Of a stretch of DNA of 64,000 nucleotides, positions 8,444-18,514 are shown in pieces. Both the position numbers and the translations under genes were made by a program. The notes beneath the pieces are model-generated. The model made no database searches, was not told where the DNA came from, and was given only the letters and a program-made list of their open reading frames with translations. Where the stretch lies: NCBI GenBank assembly GCA_964351475.1, contig CAYGOB010000001.1, positions 4,459 through 68,458 of the forward strand, in the 5' to 3' direction. The stretch is from an uncultured Candidatus Saccharibacteria bacterium. Lineage in GTDB: Bacteria; Patescibacteriota; Dojkabacteria; SC72. Within the stretch, counting starts at the first letter, position 1. Each line of letters opens with the position of its first letter.

Positions 8444-11400
8444 ATGATTAATGCCCTAAAAGAATATTTTTTAAAGCCAAGATTTCATATATCTAGGTTT
8501 GAGTTTAATTTAATAGGAACACTGTTTTTAACAATAGGATTGGTAGTAGGTACATATTTAGGATTGTACAATGTATTTAAGGGATTAAGAGCATTTAATG
8601 ATACTATACATGTATGGGAGTATAGTGAAGAGAATATATCAGAATATATATATGATGATAGTATAGTAGGTATTAATGATGAAGGATTGTATGCACCATC
8701 TAATAGGTTAGAGAATGGAGGGTTTGAGGAGGGGTTGGGGGGGTGGAGTAAGAAGGGAGAATATATCCTTAATGATGAATTTACTACAGATAGAGTAGCA
8801 GGAGAGGTAGATGGTACATCTGCTGAACCTACTGGGGGAACAAGGACGGTAATTGATTCGGAAGATTTTATTTCTATAGGAGAAGGAGTGTTAAATGTTG
8901 CGGGTGGAACTGGTACTGAAGGAGACCCAGGTCTTTGGTATCCCTTAGCAATAACCAGGATCCCAGGGAGAATGATTGTAGGTACAATAAATCTGTCAAC
9001 ATTAGGAAACACTCGTTTTGGTTTTGACCTTAACACAAGTGGAGGAATTAATTTTGGTATTAATTTTGGGAGTTCTAGTAGTTTGGCTCTTTACGATGGT
9101 TTATCTTCAGTAAACGTTGGGAGTGCATTATCTACTGATACGAATTATCAACTTGCAGTTATTTTACGTTCCACTGGTACATATTATTACATTAAGGGTG
9201 GGACTTTTGTTAACTGGACTCTATTATGGATAAGTGATAATGCCTCAAATAGCACTGTTTATCCCACAATTGTAGGTAGAACTGGAATTTTCACCGCTGA
9301 CAATATCCGTATCCCCACCCAAACCTGGCTACCTACCCCCTTAGTACATGATACATTTACAAGAGTTAATGGTAATGTAGGTAGTAGTGAAATAGTAGGG
9401 CCAGATGGACAAGAAACACCACAGTTACAATGGAGTTCAGGAGAGATAGAAGATAATAGGATGGTTATTAGACCAGAGTTAGGGGAGGAGGTTATCGTAA
9501 ATGGGGATATGTCTTCTTCAGAGGGTTGGAGTGTAGGTTCAGATTGGTCAATAGCCGACGGCATTGCTTCCAAAGTTGCTGGTACTACGAACCAGAATAT
9601 CTCCCAAGGTGTTCTTACTTCGGGATTATGGTACCAGGCAGTTTGGACACTAGAACGTTCAGCTGGTTCTTTCTGGGCCATGTTTGGTACAACTGCTTTG
9701 ACATATAGTCACACTACCTCTGGGACTTTTACTGAAACAGCACGGGCAAATGGGGGAACAGCAGGTATACGTGGACAATCTGTGGCGGAAGGCTCGGTGG
9801 ATAACGTCTCGTATAAACCCCTTACCCTCTCCTCCCTCTTTTCTACAGTTTCAACTTCGGATGCGGATGTGATTGCGGATGTTAATATAACAGTAACCGC
9901 AGGGACACAGGCGGGATTGGTACTGAATTTGGATAACACTTCAAGCCCTGCTAACTTCATCATTGTATATACAAATGGAACCCAAATCCGTGTAGATGAG
10001 GTTGTGAATGGTGTTTATACAAATAAACAGACTACATCATCCACTTTTACATCTGGGAATTTAAGAGTAATTAAAGATGGTACTAAATACAGAGTATATT
10101 ACAACAATGTATTGGTAGGTACTGAACAAACAATAACAGATGAAAGTATAATAAATAATACTAATCATGGACTATTTTCAACCTACGAAGGTAATAGCTT
10201 TGATAATTTTACAATATGGCCAAGAACAGGATTTACAGATGCACCATTTGAAGAATTAACACCAAGTATAGATACAGAAATAAAATACAAAGGTACTAAT
10301 TCAGTAAAACTTCAAACAGGGGGAGTGGATGCTAACTATTTACAAACAACAAACCTAGGAGATACAGAGATATATACATTAACAGGATATGCATATACAG
10401 ATGGTAGTGAAGTAAGTAGTGAAGATATTAGTTTGTATTATGATAATGACATACTAGAAACAAGATATATAGATATGGGAGAAGGATGGTATAAGTTAGA
10501 AGGAGAAGTAATAGGAGAGGATAGTGAAAAGAGTTTTGGAGTAAGAGTAAAAGCAAATAGGACAGTATATATAGATGAGTTTAGTTTGTATAGAAAGATA
10601 AATAGGATAGATAATGGTATGTTTATAAATGGGTTAGAGGGGTGGAATGAGCAATCACCTAGCGACATAGAAGATCTATTAACATGGATAGATTTTTCAG
10701 ACAAAGATACATTATTTATTAATACAGGGGGGACAACTCCTGTTAATGTAGACGGAGATTTAATATATAGGGTAGCAGATAAAAGTGATGGAAATGATTA
10801 TTGGTATGCTATTAGTGCTGGGGTAAGACCTGTATATAAGGAGAACCAGCTCAATGGATTAAGTGCAGCACATTTTCCTGCTGGAAATTATTTAAGAACG
10901 ATTAATAGTTATGGTACTTATAATAAATCCATATTTACAGTAGCAAGACTTTTAATAGATGAAAACAAAAGAAATCTTTACAACAGGGTGTCATATAATT
11001 TTTGGACGCGTGATGGTGCGATACATCTTGGCAGAGATAGCTATATATCTGTGCCTGCTGTTTCTGATACAAACTACATAATTACTGCTTTATGGGATAC
11101 AGGTTCTAATGCTAGGTTAAGGCTCAATCGGGGGATAGAAGAAGCTACAGGAATTGCGGAAGGTTGGGCTTCAAATTATATGTGGCATCTTATGTCTACA
11201 GCAGCTGAAGAAGGAGGAGAAGGATACATATATGAAAGCATTATTTATGACAGGATATTATCAATCGAAGAGTATACAGCAGTTGAGTCATATCTTAATA
11301 ACAAGTGGTTTCTAAACTCTTCTCTCTCAACCACCACCAAATACACCGGTCCCTCCTCCGCCCAACTTCAAACATCAGACTCTGATGCTACCTTCGTCCA

Positions 11401-14400
11401 ATACCTAAACCTAGCTAACACCGACACCTACACCCTTACTGCATACGCATATACAGACGGTAGCCCAGTAACAACCGATGACATTAATCTGTACTTTGAC
11501 AATGACATACTCCCTACAACCTTTTTAGATGCAGGTAATGGTTGGTACAAACTAACAGCTACTCTAACAGCAACAGACTCTTACAAAGCCTTTGGAGTAC
11601 AAGTAAAAGCAAACAAAACAGTAAATGTAGACAATTTTAGTTTAGACAGAGGAGAGCGATATGTAATATATACATCCAATGCATACACAAATGAAACAAT
11701 GACAAGTTGGGATACCTTCTGTGAAGGAGATTTGGAATACCAAACCTGTACCCCTGACTCAACACAAGAAGGCTACTCAGAAATCAGATACCAACTCTGT
11801 ACAGACGATGGGTCAGTGTGTGAAAGTGAAAACAAATGGCAATACTGGAATGGTACAGAGTGGGTAGTAGCAACTGATTTGGACATACACAACAACAGTG
11901 CAAGTGATCTAACCCAACAAGTAATGCAAACAATAGATACGGAAAACAAAAAACTCTCTGTTAAAACAATACTAACCTTTGATGGATACAATCCTCCCAT
12001 ATTACCTAAGGTATCCATAGGACTGAGTGCAGATACAATACCACCAGAGACAAATGCAAGTAACCTAATCATGAAAACACAACCAGGAGGAAGAACCATA
12101 ACTAACGAAGGCTGGAACAATACTCTAATGCCATACATTACCTGGACCCAAGGAGCAGACAACAAAGGAGGCTCAGGCCTTAAAGGCTACTGTGTATACC
12201 TAGGCCAAGATCAAACTGCAGACCCTCAAACTAGTAAAGGAATACTAGGAGAATCTCCAGTAGACTTAGAAACCTCCACCTGTGGATTCATAGTAGAGGA
12301 TAATATACTAGATCTAAGTAATACAGACTACCATTCAGAACCATGGCTAACTAGTTCAACAGAACCCTACTACCTAAAAGTAAAAGCCATAGACAGAGGA
12401 AACAATGTGTACGAAGGAGAAAGTGAAACCTTTACATTCTACATAGATACAACACCTCCTACTAATGTATCCTTCCTTTCTTGTGCTTCAGGTAATTTCT
12501 CTAATGCTTTGGATATGAATTTCTCTTGGCCAACAACAGCAGGCCCAGAAGCAAAAGATGATTACTCAGACATACTAGGTTGGCAATACAAGCTTAATGA
12601 TATTAATGCACAGTGGAAAGGTACTCAAACACACACAGGATTAGAAATTGAATACATACCTCTTGGTCAATCAATATATACCCTTAAACAAAGTGATGCA
12701 GAAACAATCATATCAGGAAGTAATGTAGTTTACTTTAGAAGTGTAGACAATGTAGGTAACTTTTCATCAGGAGCAACCATTAGAACATGTAGCATATCCT
12801 ACGGAGGAGCAGCTCCTAACTTTGAAGATACAGACAAAGTAACAATTACTCCTAATATATCCCAAGACAACCAATACTCTTTAAGCTGGCCAAGTGCCAC
12901 CCCCGCTCCAGAAACCCAAGTATCTAAATACTACTACATGATAAATACAGCTCCTCCCTCAACACTTTCAACCTTAGAAGCAAACCCAGCAACATACATT
13001 AACAATTCAACATCAACAGCAGTACCTTTAAGAGCACTCCCTAATGTAAACAAAGGAGTAAATACAGTGTATGTAGTTTCTGTAGATAACAGTGAGATAC
13101 CTAACTACTCTCCAAGTAATTACATAACAGGAACATTTACTCTTAATTCAACAGACCCAGACAATGTAGGAGATTTAGTAGCATCAGACTCATCCATAAA
13201 GTTAAAATCTCAATGGAATGTAACCCTAACTTGGGTAGTACCAGAATACAAAGGAGCAGGTAATTTAACGTATGAGATATACAGGTCAACTAATGGAGTA
13301 GACTTTACACATGTGGGATCAACCTCAGGACTTTCATATGTAGATAGTGCACCTCAGTCACGTATGTATTTTTACAAGGTATATACTAAAGACGGAGCAA
13401 ATTCTTTAAGTTCAGGGAGCAATGCAGTATCCATAACACCAACAGGAAGATGGACAACGCCACCAGAACTCATATCCGAGCCTGAGGTAGAGAATGTAAC
13501 AACACAAAGAGCAACGATAGTGTGGTCTACATCTAGGTCAGCAGACAGTAGAATTCAGTTTGGAACACAGAGTGGTAAGTATGCAGATGTAGAACCTTCA
13601 ACACCTAATCATGTAACCTCTCATGTAATGTCTCTTTCAGGATTAACCCCTAATACAACATATTTTTACAGAGCAAAATGGACAGATGAGGATGGTAATG
13701 TAGGTATTTCAGAAGAAAAAACATTTACAACAGCACCACCACCGGTAATTAAACAAGTAGAAGTAAGAAATATTGGATTAGAGTCTGCAGTAGTTAACTT
13801 TACATCAGAGGGAGCTTCGGGAGTTAAGATATATTACGGAAGAACATCCTCTTTTGGGGGAATTAGAGAGATATCAACCTCTAGTTTAGAGTCTACCTAT
13901 TCAGTAGAACTCTCTGATTTAGAGGACGGTACTAGATATTACTTTAAGATTAATACTTTAGATGTGGATGGTAGTGAATACGACAACCAGGTTAACGAGT
14001 TCCAAACCTTACCTCGTCCTCGAGTAAGCAATGTAAGATTACAACAGGTATCAGGTACAGCACAAAGTACAATACTAGTAACATGGGATTCAAATACAGA
14101 GATATCATCCATAGTGACATACTGGCCAGAAAACAATCCATCTCAAGCAAGAGATGAGGTATCAGTAGAGTTAAAGAAAGGAGAACACAGAATGATGATT
14201 AGAGGATTAGAACCTACAACTGCATACAATCTCCAAGTAAAAGGAAGAGACAAGATGGGTAATGAGGCTGTATCAGATACCCAAAGATTTACAACAGCAA
14301 CAGATACAAGACCTCCAGTAATTACAGATTTAAGAGTAGAAGGTTCAACCATCCCTCCATTTGCAACAACAGCCCAACAGACCTCAGTACAGATAGTGGT

Positions 14401-14692
14401 ATCATGGACAACAGATGAGCCAGCTACAAGTCAGGTAGAGTTTGGAGAGGGTACAGGTAGTACGTATGCACAAAGAACACAGAAGGATTCTAATTTTAGT
14501 TACAATCATACAGTAGTAATATCTAACTTAGTACCATCTCAGGTATATCATCTTAGAGCAGTATCAGAGGATATGGCAGGTAATGTAGGGTATTCCATAG
14601 ATGTAGTAACAATAGCACCTAAGGTAACAGACAATGCCCTAGATTTAGTAATACAGAATTTAATGGAGACATTTAGATTTTTAAGAAGGTAG
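8444..14692 (+). CDS. Giant (2082 aa) signal-anchored surface protein. It has an N-terminal ConA/LamG-like region, two CBM-like jelly-roll modules, an Ig/Fn3-like central region and four C-terminal purple-acid-phosphatase-N-type Fn3 domains.
   Basis: N-terminal TM (LIGTLFLTIGLVVGTYLGLY). Two internal paralogous modules (KYKGTNSVKLQTGG...FGVRVKANRTVYIDEFSL and KYTGPSSAQLQTSD...FGVQVKANKTVNVDNFSL). Four repeats of the type ATIVWSTSRSADSRIQFG...YFYRAKWTDEDGN...TFTTA. The C-terminal ~1000 aa are collinear with ORF 21535-24630. Confidence 0.8.
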   Translation: MINALKEYFLKPRFHISRFEFNLIGTLFLTIGLVVGTYLGLYNVFKGLRAFNDTIHVWEYSEENISEYIYDDSIVGINDEGLYAPSNRLENGGFEEGLGGWSKKGEYILNDEFTTDRVAGEVDGTSAEPTGGTRTVIDSEDFISIGEGVLNVAGGTGTEGDPGLWYPLAITRIPGRMIVGTINLSTLGNTRFGFDLNTSGGINFGINFGSSSSLALYDGLSSVNVGSALSTDTNYQLAVILRSTGTYYYIKGGTFVNWTLLWISDNASNSTVYPTIVGRTGIFTADNIRIPTQTWLPTPLVHDTFTRVNGNVGSSEIVGPDGQETPQLQWSSGEIEDNRMVIRPELGEEVIVNGDMSSSEGWSVGSDWSIADGIASKVAGTTNQNISQGVLTSGLWYQAVWTLERSAGSFWAMFGTTALTYSHTTSGTFTETARANGGTAGIRGQSVAEGSVDNVSYKPLTLSSLFSTVSTSDADVIADVNITVTAGTQAGLVLNLDNTSSPANFIIVYTNGTQIRVDEVVNGVYTNKQTTSSTFTSGNLRVIKDGTKYRVYYNNVLVGTEQTITDESIINNTNHGLFSTYEGNSFDNFTIWPRTGFTDAPFEELTPSIDTEIKYKGTNSVKLQTGGVDANYLQTTNLGDTEIYTLTGYAYTDGSEVSSEDISLYYDNDILETRYIDMGEGWYKLEGEVIGEDSEKSFGVRVKANRTVYIDEFSLYRKINRIDNGMFINGLEGWNEQSPSDIEDLLTWIDFSDKDTLFINTGGTTPVNVDGDLIYRVADKSDGNDYWYAISAGVRPVYKENQLNGLSAAHFPAGNYLRTINSYGTYNKSIFTVARLLIDENKRNLYNRVSYNFWTRDGAIHLGRDSYISVPAVSDTNYIITALWDTGSNARLRLNRGIEEATGIAEGWASNYMWHLMSTAAEEGGEGYIYESIIYDRILSIEEYTAVESYLNNKWFLNSSLSTTTKYTGPSSAQLQTSDSDATFVQYLNLANTDTYTLTAYAYTDGSPVTTDDINLYFDNDILPTTFLDAGNGWYKLTATLTATDSYKAFGVQVKANKTVNVDNFSLDRGERYVIYTSNAYTNETMTSWDTFCEGDLEYQTCTPDSTQEGYSEIRYQLCTDDGSVCESENKWQYWNGTEWVVATDLDIHNNSASDLTQQVMQTIDTENKKLSVKTILTFDGYNPPILPKVSIGLSADTIPPETNASNLIMKTQPGGRTITNEGWNNTLMPYITWTQGADNKGGSGLKGYCVYLGQDQTADPQTSKGILGESPVDLETSTCGFIVEDNILDLSNTDYHSEPWLTSSTEPYYLKVKAIDRGNNVYEGESETFTFYIDTTPPTNVSFLSCASGNFSNALDMNFSWPTTAGPEAKDDYSDILGWQYKLNDINAQWKGTQTHTGLEIEYIPLGQSIYTLKQSDAETIISGSNVVYFRSVDNVGNFSSGATIRTCSISYGGAAPNFEDTDKVTITPNISQDNQYSLSWPSATPAPETQVSKYYYMINTAPPSTLSTLEANPATYINNSTSTAVPLRALPNVNKGVNTVYVVSVDNSEIPNYSPSNYITGTFTLNSTDPDNVGDLVASDSSIKLKSQWNVTLTWVVPEYKGAGNLTYEIYRSTNGVDFTHVGSTSGLSYVDSAPQSRMYFYKVYTKDGANSLSSGSNAVSITPTGRWTTPPELISEPEVENVTTQRATIVWSTSRSADSRIQFGTQSGKYADVEPSTPNHVTSHVMSLSGLTPNTTYFYRAKWTDEDGNVGISEEKTFTTAPPPVIKQVEVRNIGLESAVVNFTSEGASGVKIYYGRTSSFGGIREISTSSLESTYSVELSDLEDGTRYYFKINTLDVDGSEYDNQVNEFQTLPRPRVSNVRLQQVSGTAQSTILVTWDSNTEISSIVTYWPENNPSQARDEVSVELKKGEHRMMIRGLEPTTAYNLQVKGRDKMGNEAVSDTQRFTTATDTRPPVITDLRVEGSTIPPFATTAQQTSVQIVVSWTTDEPATSQVEFGEGTGSTYAQRTQKDSNFSYNHTVVISNLVPSQVYHLRAVSEDMAGNVGYSIDVVTIAPKVTDNALDLVIQNLMETFRFLRR

Positions 14693-14824
14693 TATGGCTA
14701 TCTAGAGTTGATATATACAATAATATTGTTAAAAGCAAATTACTAAATATAATTTGATTTTTAATAACTTAGTTTTTAGATCTCGAAATAATCAAGGTTT
14801 AACAACCTTTCTAAGGGGTAGTAC

Positions 14825-14901
14825 ACAGGTCTATAATGAACCAGAGGTTATTGATGGGACATGCATGTCTGGAACCTAAAATGAGACAAAAGAGACAGTG
14901 T
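14825..14901 (+). repeat. Interspersed promoter-bearing repeat, copy C.
   Basis: acaggtctataatgaaccagaggttattgatgggacatgcatgtctggaacctaaaatgagacaaaagagacagtgt. Upstream of the NUDIX gene. Confidence 0.7.
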
Positions 14902-14948
14902 AAAAAAGGGGAAAAAAAGGTGTCCAACTTTTGATATAATGGACATAC

Positions 14949-15431
14949 ATGATAAAGACTATTACTAAATCCAAAAATCCTAATTTAACAAGACCCAGGA
15001 TTTTGCTCGTAGTTCGAATGATTATCATCAATAATGGAAAGATACTCCTTATACAAAGAAGTGGTGAAGAATCTAACAATCCTCTTAGATGGGAAATTCC
15101 AGGAGGGAAGTTAGATAAAGGTCAAGATTTAACACAAGCTGCAACAAGAGAGATGATAGAAGAGGTTGGTCTATTTGCAATCCCAGTTAAACAACTTGTA
15201 TTTTTTGATTCTGATATCAGTAGTAACAATAAATATAAAGGAATTCCGTATATTCAGTTGGCTGGACTTTATGCTTCCGAAGGTAATAAGGTACGAATCT
15301 CAAAAGAACATGAAGACTACAAATGGGTTACTCTAAGTAATTCTCTTAAATTAGACCTAACTGAATTTACTAGGAAAGCACTGTTAGCATGGGAGGTAGA
15401 TATCATGAGGTTTTTGTCCAAGAAGAAATGA
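14949..15431 (+). CDS. NUDIX hydrolase.
   Basis: Nudix box GGKLDKGQDLTQAATREMIEEVG (G-x5-E-x7-REUxEExGU). The true start may be the internal M at 15018 (MIIINNGKILLIQR). Confidence 0.8.
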   Translation: MIKTITKSKNPNLTRPRILLVVRMIIINNGKILLIQRSGEESNNPLRWEIPGGKLDKGQDLTQAATREMIEEVGLFAIPVKQLVFFDSDISSNNKYKGIPYIQLAGLYASEGNKVRISKEHEDYKWVTLSNSLKLDLTEFTRKALLAWEVDIMRFLSKKK

Positions 15432-15446
15432 GATGTAATCTGAAGG

Positions 15447-15468
15447 TATACACATGCCTGGAACCTAG
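15447..15468 (+). repeat. Partial, degenerate copy (D) of the interspersed repeat, right half only.
   Basis: atacacatgcctggaacctag, immediately followed by tataat. Lies 35 bp upstream of the orn start. Confidence 0.45.
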
Positions 15469-15502
15469 TATAATTAAATCATTAATTTGATTAAGGGTTA
15501 AT

Positions 15503-16042
15503 ATGTCTCAAGTAATAGATAAATTAGTATGGATAGATTTAGAAACAACGGGATTGAGTATTAAGAAGGATAAAATTATTGAAATAGCAGTATTGATAAC
15601 AGATACCCAATTAAATCTTCTAGATGAGAAGGGTTATGTAGCTTTTGTAAATATAACTGACAAAGATATTGCTCTAATGGACGATATTGTAAAAGAGATG
15701 CACACTAAAAATGGGGTGATTGATATGTGTAAAAAATCTTCCTTTACAATAGAGGATATAGATAAAGGAGCCGTGGAATACATATCTAAATTTGTTCAAA
15801 AAAATGAAGCTCCACTTTGTGGTAATAATATCGCTTTTGACAGATCTTTTATTGAATATAATATGCCATTACTTGTTGACTACCTTCATTACAGAAATAT
15901 AGATGTTACTACTATTAAGCAGTTAAGTCAGATTTGGAGAAACGATGTTTGTAAAAAGACAGATTCAACTCATGAAGCAATGGATGATATAAAGGAGAGT
16001 ATAGAAGAATTAAGGCATTATAAAGAAAAATTTTTTGATTGA
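15503..16042 (+). CDS. orn: Oligoribonuclease (DEDDh 3'-5' exonuclease).
   Basis: LVWIDLETTGL...IIEIAVLITD (Exo I motif). GNNIAFDRSFI (Exo II). HEAMDDIKESIEEL (Exo III, DEDDh). Length 179 aa, typical of Orn. Confidence 0.85.
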   Translation: MSQVIDKLVWIDLETTGLSIKKDKIIEIAVLITDTQLNLLDEKGYVAFVNITDKDIALMDDIVKEMHTKNGVIDMCKKSSFTIEDIDKGAVEYISKFVQKNEAPLCGNNIAFDRSFIEYNMPLLVDYLHYRNIDVTTIKQLSQIWRNDVCKKTDSTHEAMDDIKESIEELRHYKEKFFD

Positions 16043-16052
16043 GTATAGTGGA

Positions 16053-16128
16053 TGGGTCTAAGAGGAACCTAAGGGATTTGGCGGGACATACACGTCTGGA
16101 ATCTAAAATGAGACAAAAGAGACAGTAT
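16053..16128 (+). repeat. Interspersed promoter-bearing repeat, copy E (left half degenerate).
   Basis: gggtctaagaggaacctaagggatttggcgggacatacacgtctggaatctaaaatgagacaaaagagacagtat. Confidence 0.65.
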
Positions 16129-16150
16129 CATAAATAGGGTAGTGTGATAT

Positions 16151-16393
16151 TTAATCTTCTATATTAGGACGAAGAATCCAATGAAGGGTTCGAACTTGAT
16201 CCGACATGTGTGGTACGTCTCTAAAGAATTTGTCAGGGGAATCCCAAATGAACTGAGCGGCGTTTCTAATTCTTGTCTCAAGGGGTAAAATATTGGTATC
16301 CTCTGCTTTTATCCCCAAAACTTTTTCAACATCCTCAATTTTTTGAATAGTGTTTCTGCAATCTTTTGGTTCAGTTTTTTCCCAATTTTCCAT
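16151..16393 (-). CDS. Hypothetical small protein (80 aa).
   Basis: Clean ORF with mixed composition. No recognisable motif. Confidence 0.35.
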   Translation of the reverse strand: MENWEKTEPKDCRNTIQKIEDVEKVLGIKAEDTNILPLETRIRNAAQFIWDSPDKFFRDVPHMSDQVRTLHWILRPNIED

Positions 16394-16450
16394 ATTTATA
16401 AGAATTAAGATTATATTGATATTAAGAATATATCAAAAACGGAGGAATTT

Positions 16451-16512
16451 GTCAGTGGAACAACTCAATAATGGCGGGACATACACGTCTGGAATCTAAA
16501 GTAAGATAGTAT
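16451..16512 (+). repeat. Interspersed promoter-bearing repeat, copy F (left half degenerate).
   Basis: tggaacaactcaataatggcgggacatacacgtctggaatctaaagtaagatagtat. Lies 64 bp upstream of the sortase gene. Confidence 0.65.
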
Positions 16513-16575
16513 TACAGGAAAGTGCCTTGTTAATAATAACCATTTAGTATCGTGTTATAATTTAGCATAATACTA

Positions 16576-17172
16576 ATGAAAACCTTAAAACTTTTAAAAA
16601 AGTTAAACCTAATTTTCTCCATTATAATAGTTGTTATTGCTATTTATATTCTAATATATCCTCTTATACCAGAAATAGCTTTTAGAATGAGTGCTAATAA
16701 ATTCCAGGGATATGCATATCAATCTACAAAGACGATAGAAGTTTTACAAGAGGAAGCTAAAGAACTTCCTCCAATACCTGAAGATAATAGACTTGTTATT
16801 CCTAAAATCTATGTAAATGCTCCAATAGTAGATGGAGAAGATGAGTCAGTCTTAGATTTTGGTATGTGGCGTATTCCAAATACAAGTACTCCAGACAAAG
16901 GGGGCAATACAGTTATTGCTGGTCACAGAACTCTGTATACAAGTGGTCCAGATACCTTATACAATTTAGATAAGATTGAAATAAATGATTTACTATTGGT
17001 ATATTGGCAAGGTAAGGAATATGTATATAAGGTTTATGATATTACAGAGGTGAGTTCGGAGAGTATGGAAATTTTAGATAATACAATAGATTCAAGAATT
17101 ACTTTATTTAGTTGTACACCAAAATGGACATCAGAACAAAGATTGGTAGTAAAAGCCACTCTTCAACAATAA
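16576..17172 (+). CDS. Sortase-family transpeptidase.
   Basis: N-terminal TM. Catalytic His in VIAGHRTLY. TLxTC-type Cys motif ITLFSCTP. Conserved Arg near the C-terminus (EQRLVVKA). Confidence 0.8.
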   Translation: MKTLKLLKKLNLIFSIIIVVIAIYILIYPLIPEIAFRMSANKFQGYAYQSTKTIEVLQEEAKELPPIPEDNRLVIPKIYVNAPIVDGEDESVLDFGMWRIPNTSTPDKGGNTVIAGHRTLYTSGPDTLYNLDKIEINDLLLVYWQGKEYVYKVYDITEVSSESMEILDNTIDSRITLFSCTPKWTSEQRLVVKATLQQ

Positions 17173-17265
17173 AATCTAGGATCATTTTTGAATTAATAAC
17201 TCTTGTATTTAGAACAATTCTAGTCTCTATTGGAATCCTATATATTATTCGACATTCTCAAAATA

Positions 17266-18231
17266 TTATCTCTCTTTGGAAGTTCTTGACGAGAACATAG
17301 TTTCTCTTCGAGATAATACCAACAGAAGGGTAGAGATACCTGCAAGTACTAATATTACTATATTCCATGTAATTCCTTTTGTACTTAAAGTAGTACCATT
17401 TGTACCTGGTAATTTAGCGGTAGTATCTGTGCTTGTGTCTGTGGTTGTGGTCGTGGTTGCAGAGGCTACACATATCTCACTAGTAATAGTATCTGAATCT
17501 AATGTAACCGCAGCATTTCTAGCTAATAATCTTCCATAAACTGTTACGTCGGTGGTAGCAGAGATTGATGTTAATGCCATTATGGTTCCTACAAACGTTG
17601 AGCCTGTACCAAGTGTTGCAGAACTTGTAACTTGCCAGAAAACATAACATGATTGAGCACCATTTATAAGTCGGACTTCACTGCCAGAAGCAGTTACTAA
17701 ATCTGAAGAAGCTTGAAAAATGAAAACTGCATTTGGATCTCCCTGAGCATCAAGTATTAATGGGCTCTCAGCTGTTATATTTGCGGTTGTAGCATTTCCA
17801 AAAGCATAAACACCTGAAGTTAAGGTTTGTCCACCAAGTTGGTTATCTACATCAGTAAATGTTTGAGTTGGTGTTCTACCAGCAGCATCAAGATAGGCGG
17901 TTGTAAGATCGTTTTTAGCTTGAGTTAACAAATCAGGATTATTTACTGATCCTGCAGGTCCGGATGCATCTACAGAATAAATAGTTCCAGTTACTTCCTC
18001 AGCTGTTAGACCAGCATAATTACTACCAGAGGCAGGACTTAAACCAACATCTCCTGTAATAATAGAAGTTGGAATATTCGTAATTTCTGTACCAGCTAAA
18101 ACTGCAAAACTTTCAGCAGTACCAAGATTTACTGTTGTTAGTGCAGTTTGAGCATTTACAAGTTGAATTCCAATTATAGCAATAACAAAAGATACAAGCA
18201 TTGTTATTGAAATCTTACTAAATGTTCTCAT
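17266..18231 (-). CDS. Ice-binding-like (DUF3494) surface protein with a Thr-rich stalk and a C-terminal cell-wall sorting signal.
   Basis: Signal peptide. DUF3494 signature AESFAVLAGTEITNIPTSIITGDVGLSPASG. Linker ATTTTTTDTSTDTT. Then KLPGTNG motif, hydrophobic helix ITWNIVILVLAGISTLLLVL and positively charged tail SRRETMFSSRTSKER. Convergent with the sortase gene. Confidence 0.75.
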   Translation of the reverse strand: MRTFSKISITMLVSFVIAIIGIQLVNAQTALTTVNLGTAESFAVLAGTEITNIPTSIITGDVGLSPASGSNYAGLTAEEVTGTIYSVDASGPAGSVNNPDLLTQAKNDLTTAYLDAAGRTPTQTFTDVDNQLGGQTLTSGVYAFGNATTANITAESPLILDAQGDPNAVFIFQASSDLVTASGSEVRLINGAQSCYVFWQVTSSATLGTGSTFVGTIMALTSISATTDVTVYGRLLARNAAVTLDSDTITSEICVASATTTTTTDTSTDTTAKLPGTNGTTLSTKGITWNIVILVLAGISTLLLVLSRRETMFSSRTSKER

Positions 18232-18336
18232 TGAAAAGCCCCACTAAACTTATTAATTACAACATAATTGTAATCTTTTATATTTTAAGGGTTTTAAGGA
18301 GAAATGTCAATTTTTGAAGGTTTTCTACTAATGATT

Positions 18337-18391
18337 GATATTGGCGGGACATACACGTCTGGAACCTAGAATGAGACAAATAAGACAGTAT
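18337..18391 (+). repeat. Interspersed promoter-bearing repeat, copy G (right half plus a short left stub).
   Basis: gatattggcgggacatacacgtctggaacctagaatgagacaaataagacagtat, followed by aaaaaggggaggg. Upstream of the DGR target gene. Confidence 0.7.
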
Positions 18392-18514
18392 AAAAAGGGG
18401 AGGGTATATGTCTCAAATTTGTTTTTTGAACCTTTTGTGAATAAGTTGGGATGCAAGTATGCAACCGACACATCTTCTTGCAAAATATTTTTATTTCTTG
18501 TAAATTATACTAGG

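Noticed and set aside
4272-18391. The dispersed 77-bp repeats as a CRISPR array.
   Set aside because: Spacing is irregular, from 0.3 to 9 kb, with whole genes between copies. The copies are only about 80-90% identical and there are no cas genes. They are interspersed promoter-like elements.
18335-18514. N-terminal 60 codons of the track ORF 18335-19393.
   Set aside because: This stretch is translated straight through interspersed repeat copy G (18337-18391). A start at M61 (18515) gives a normal signal-anchor N-terminus.
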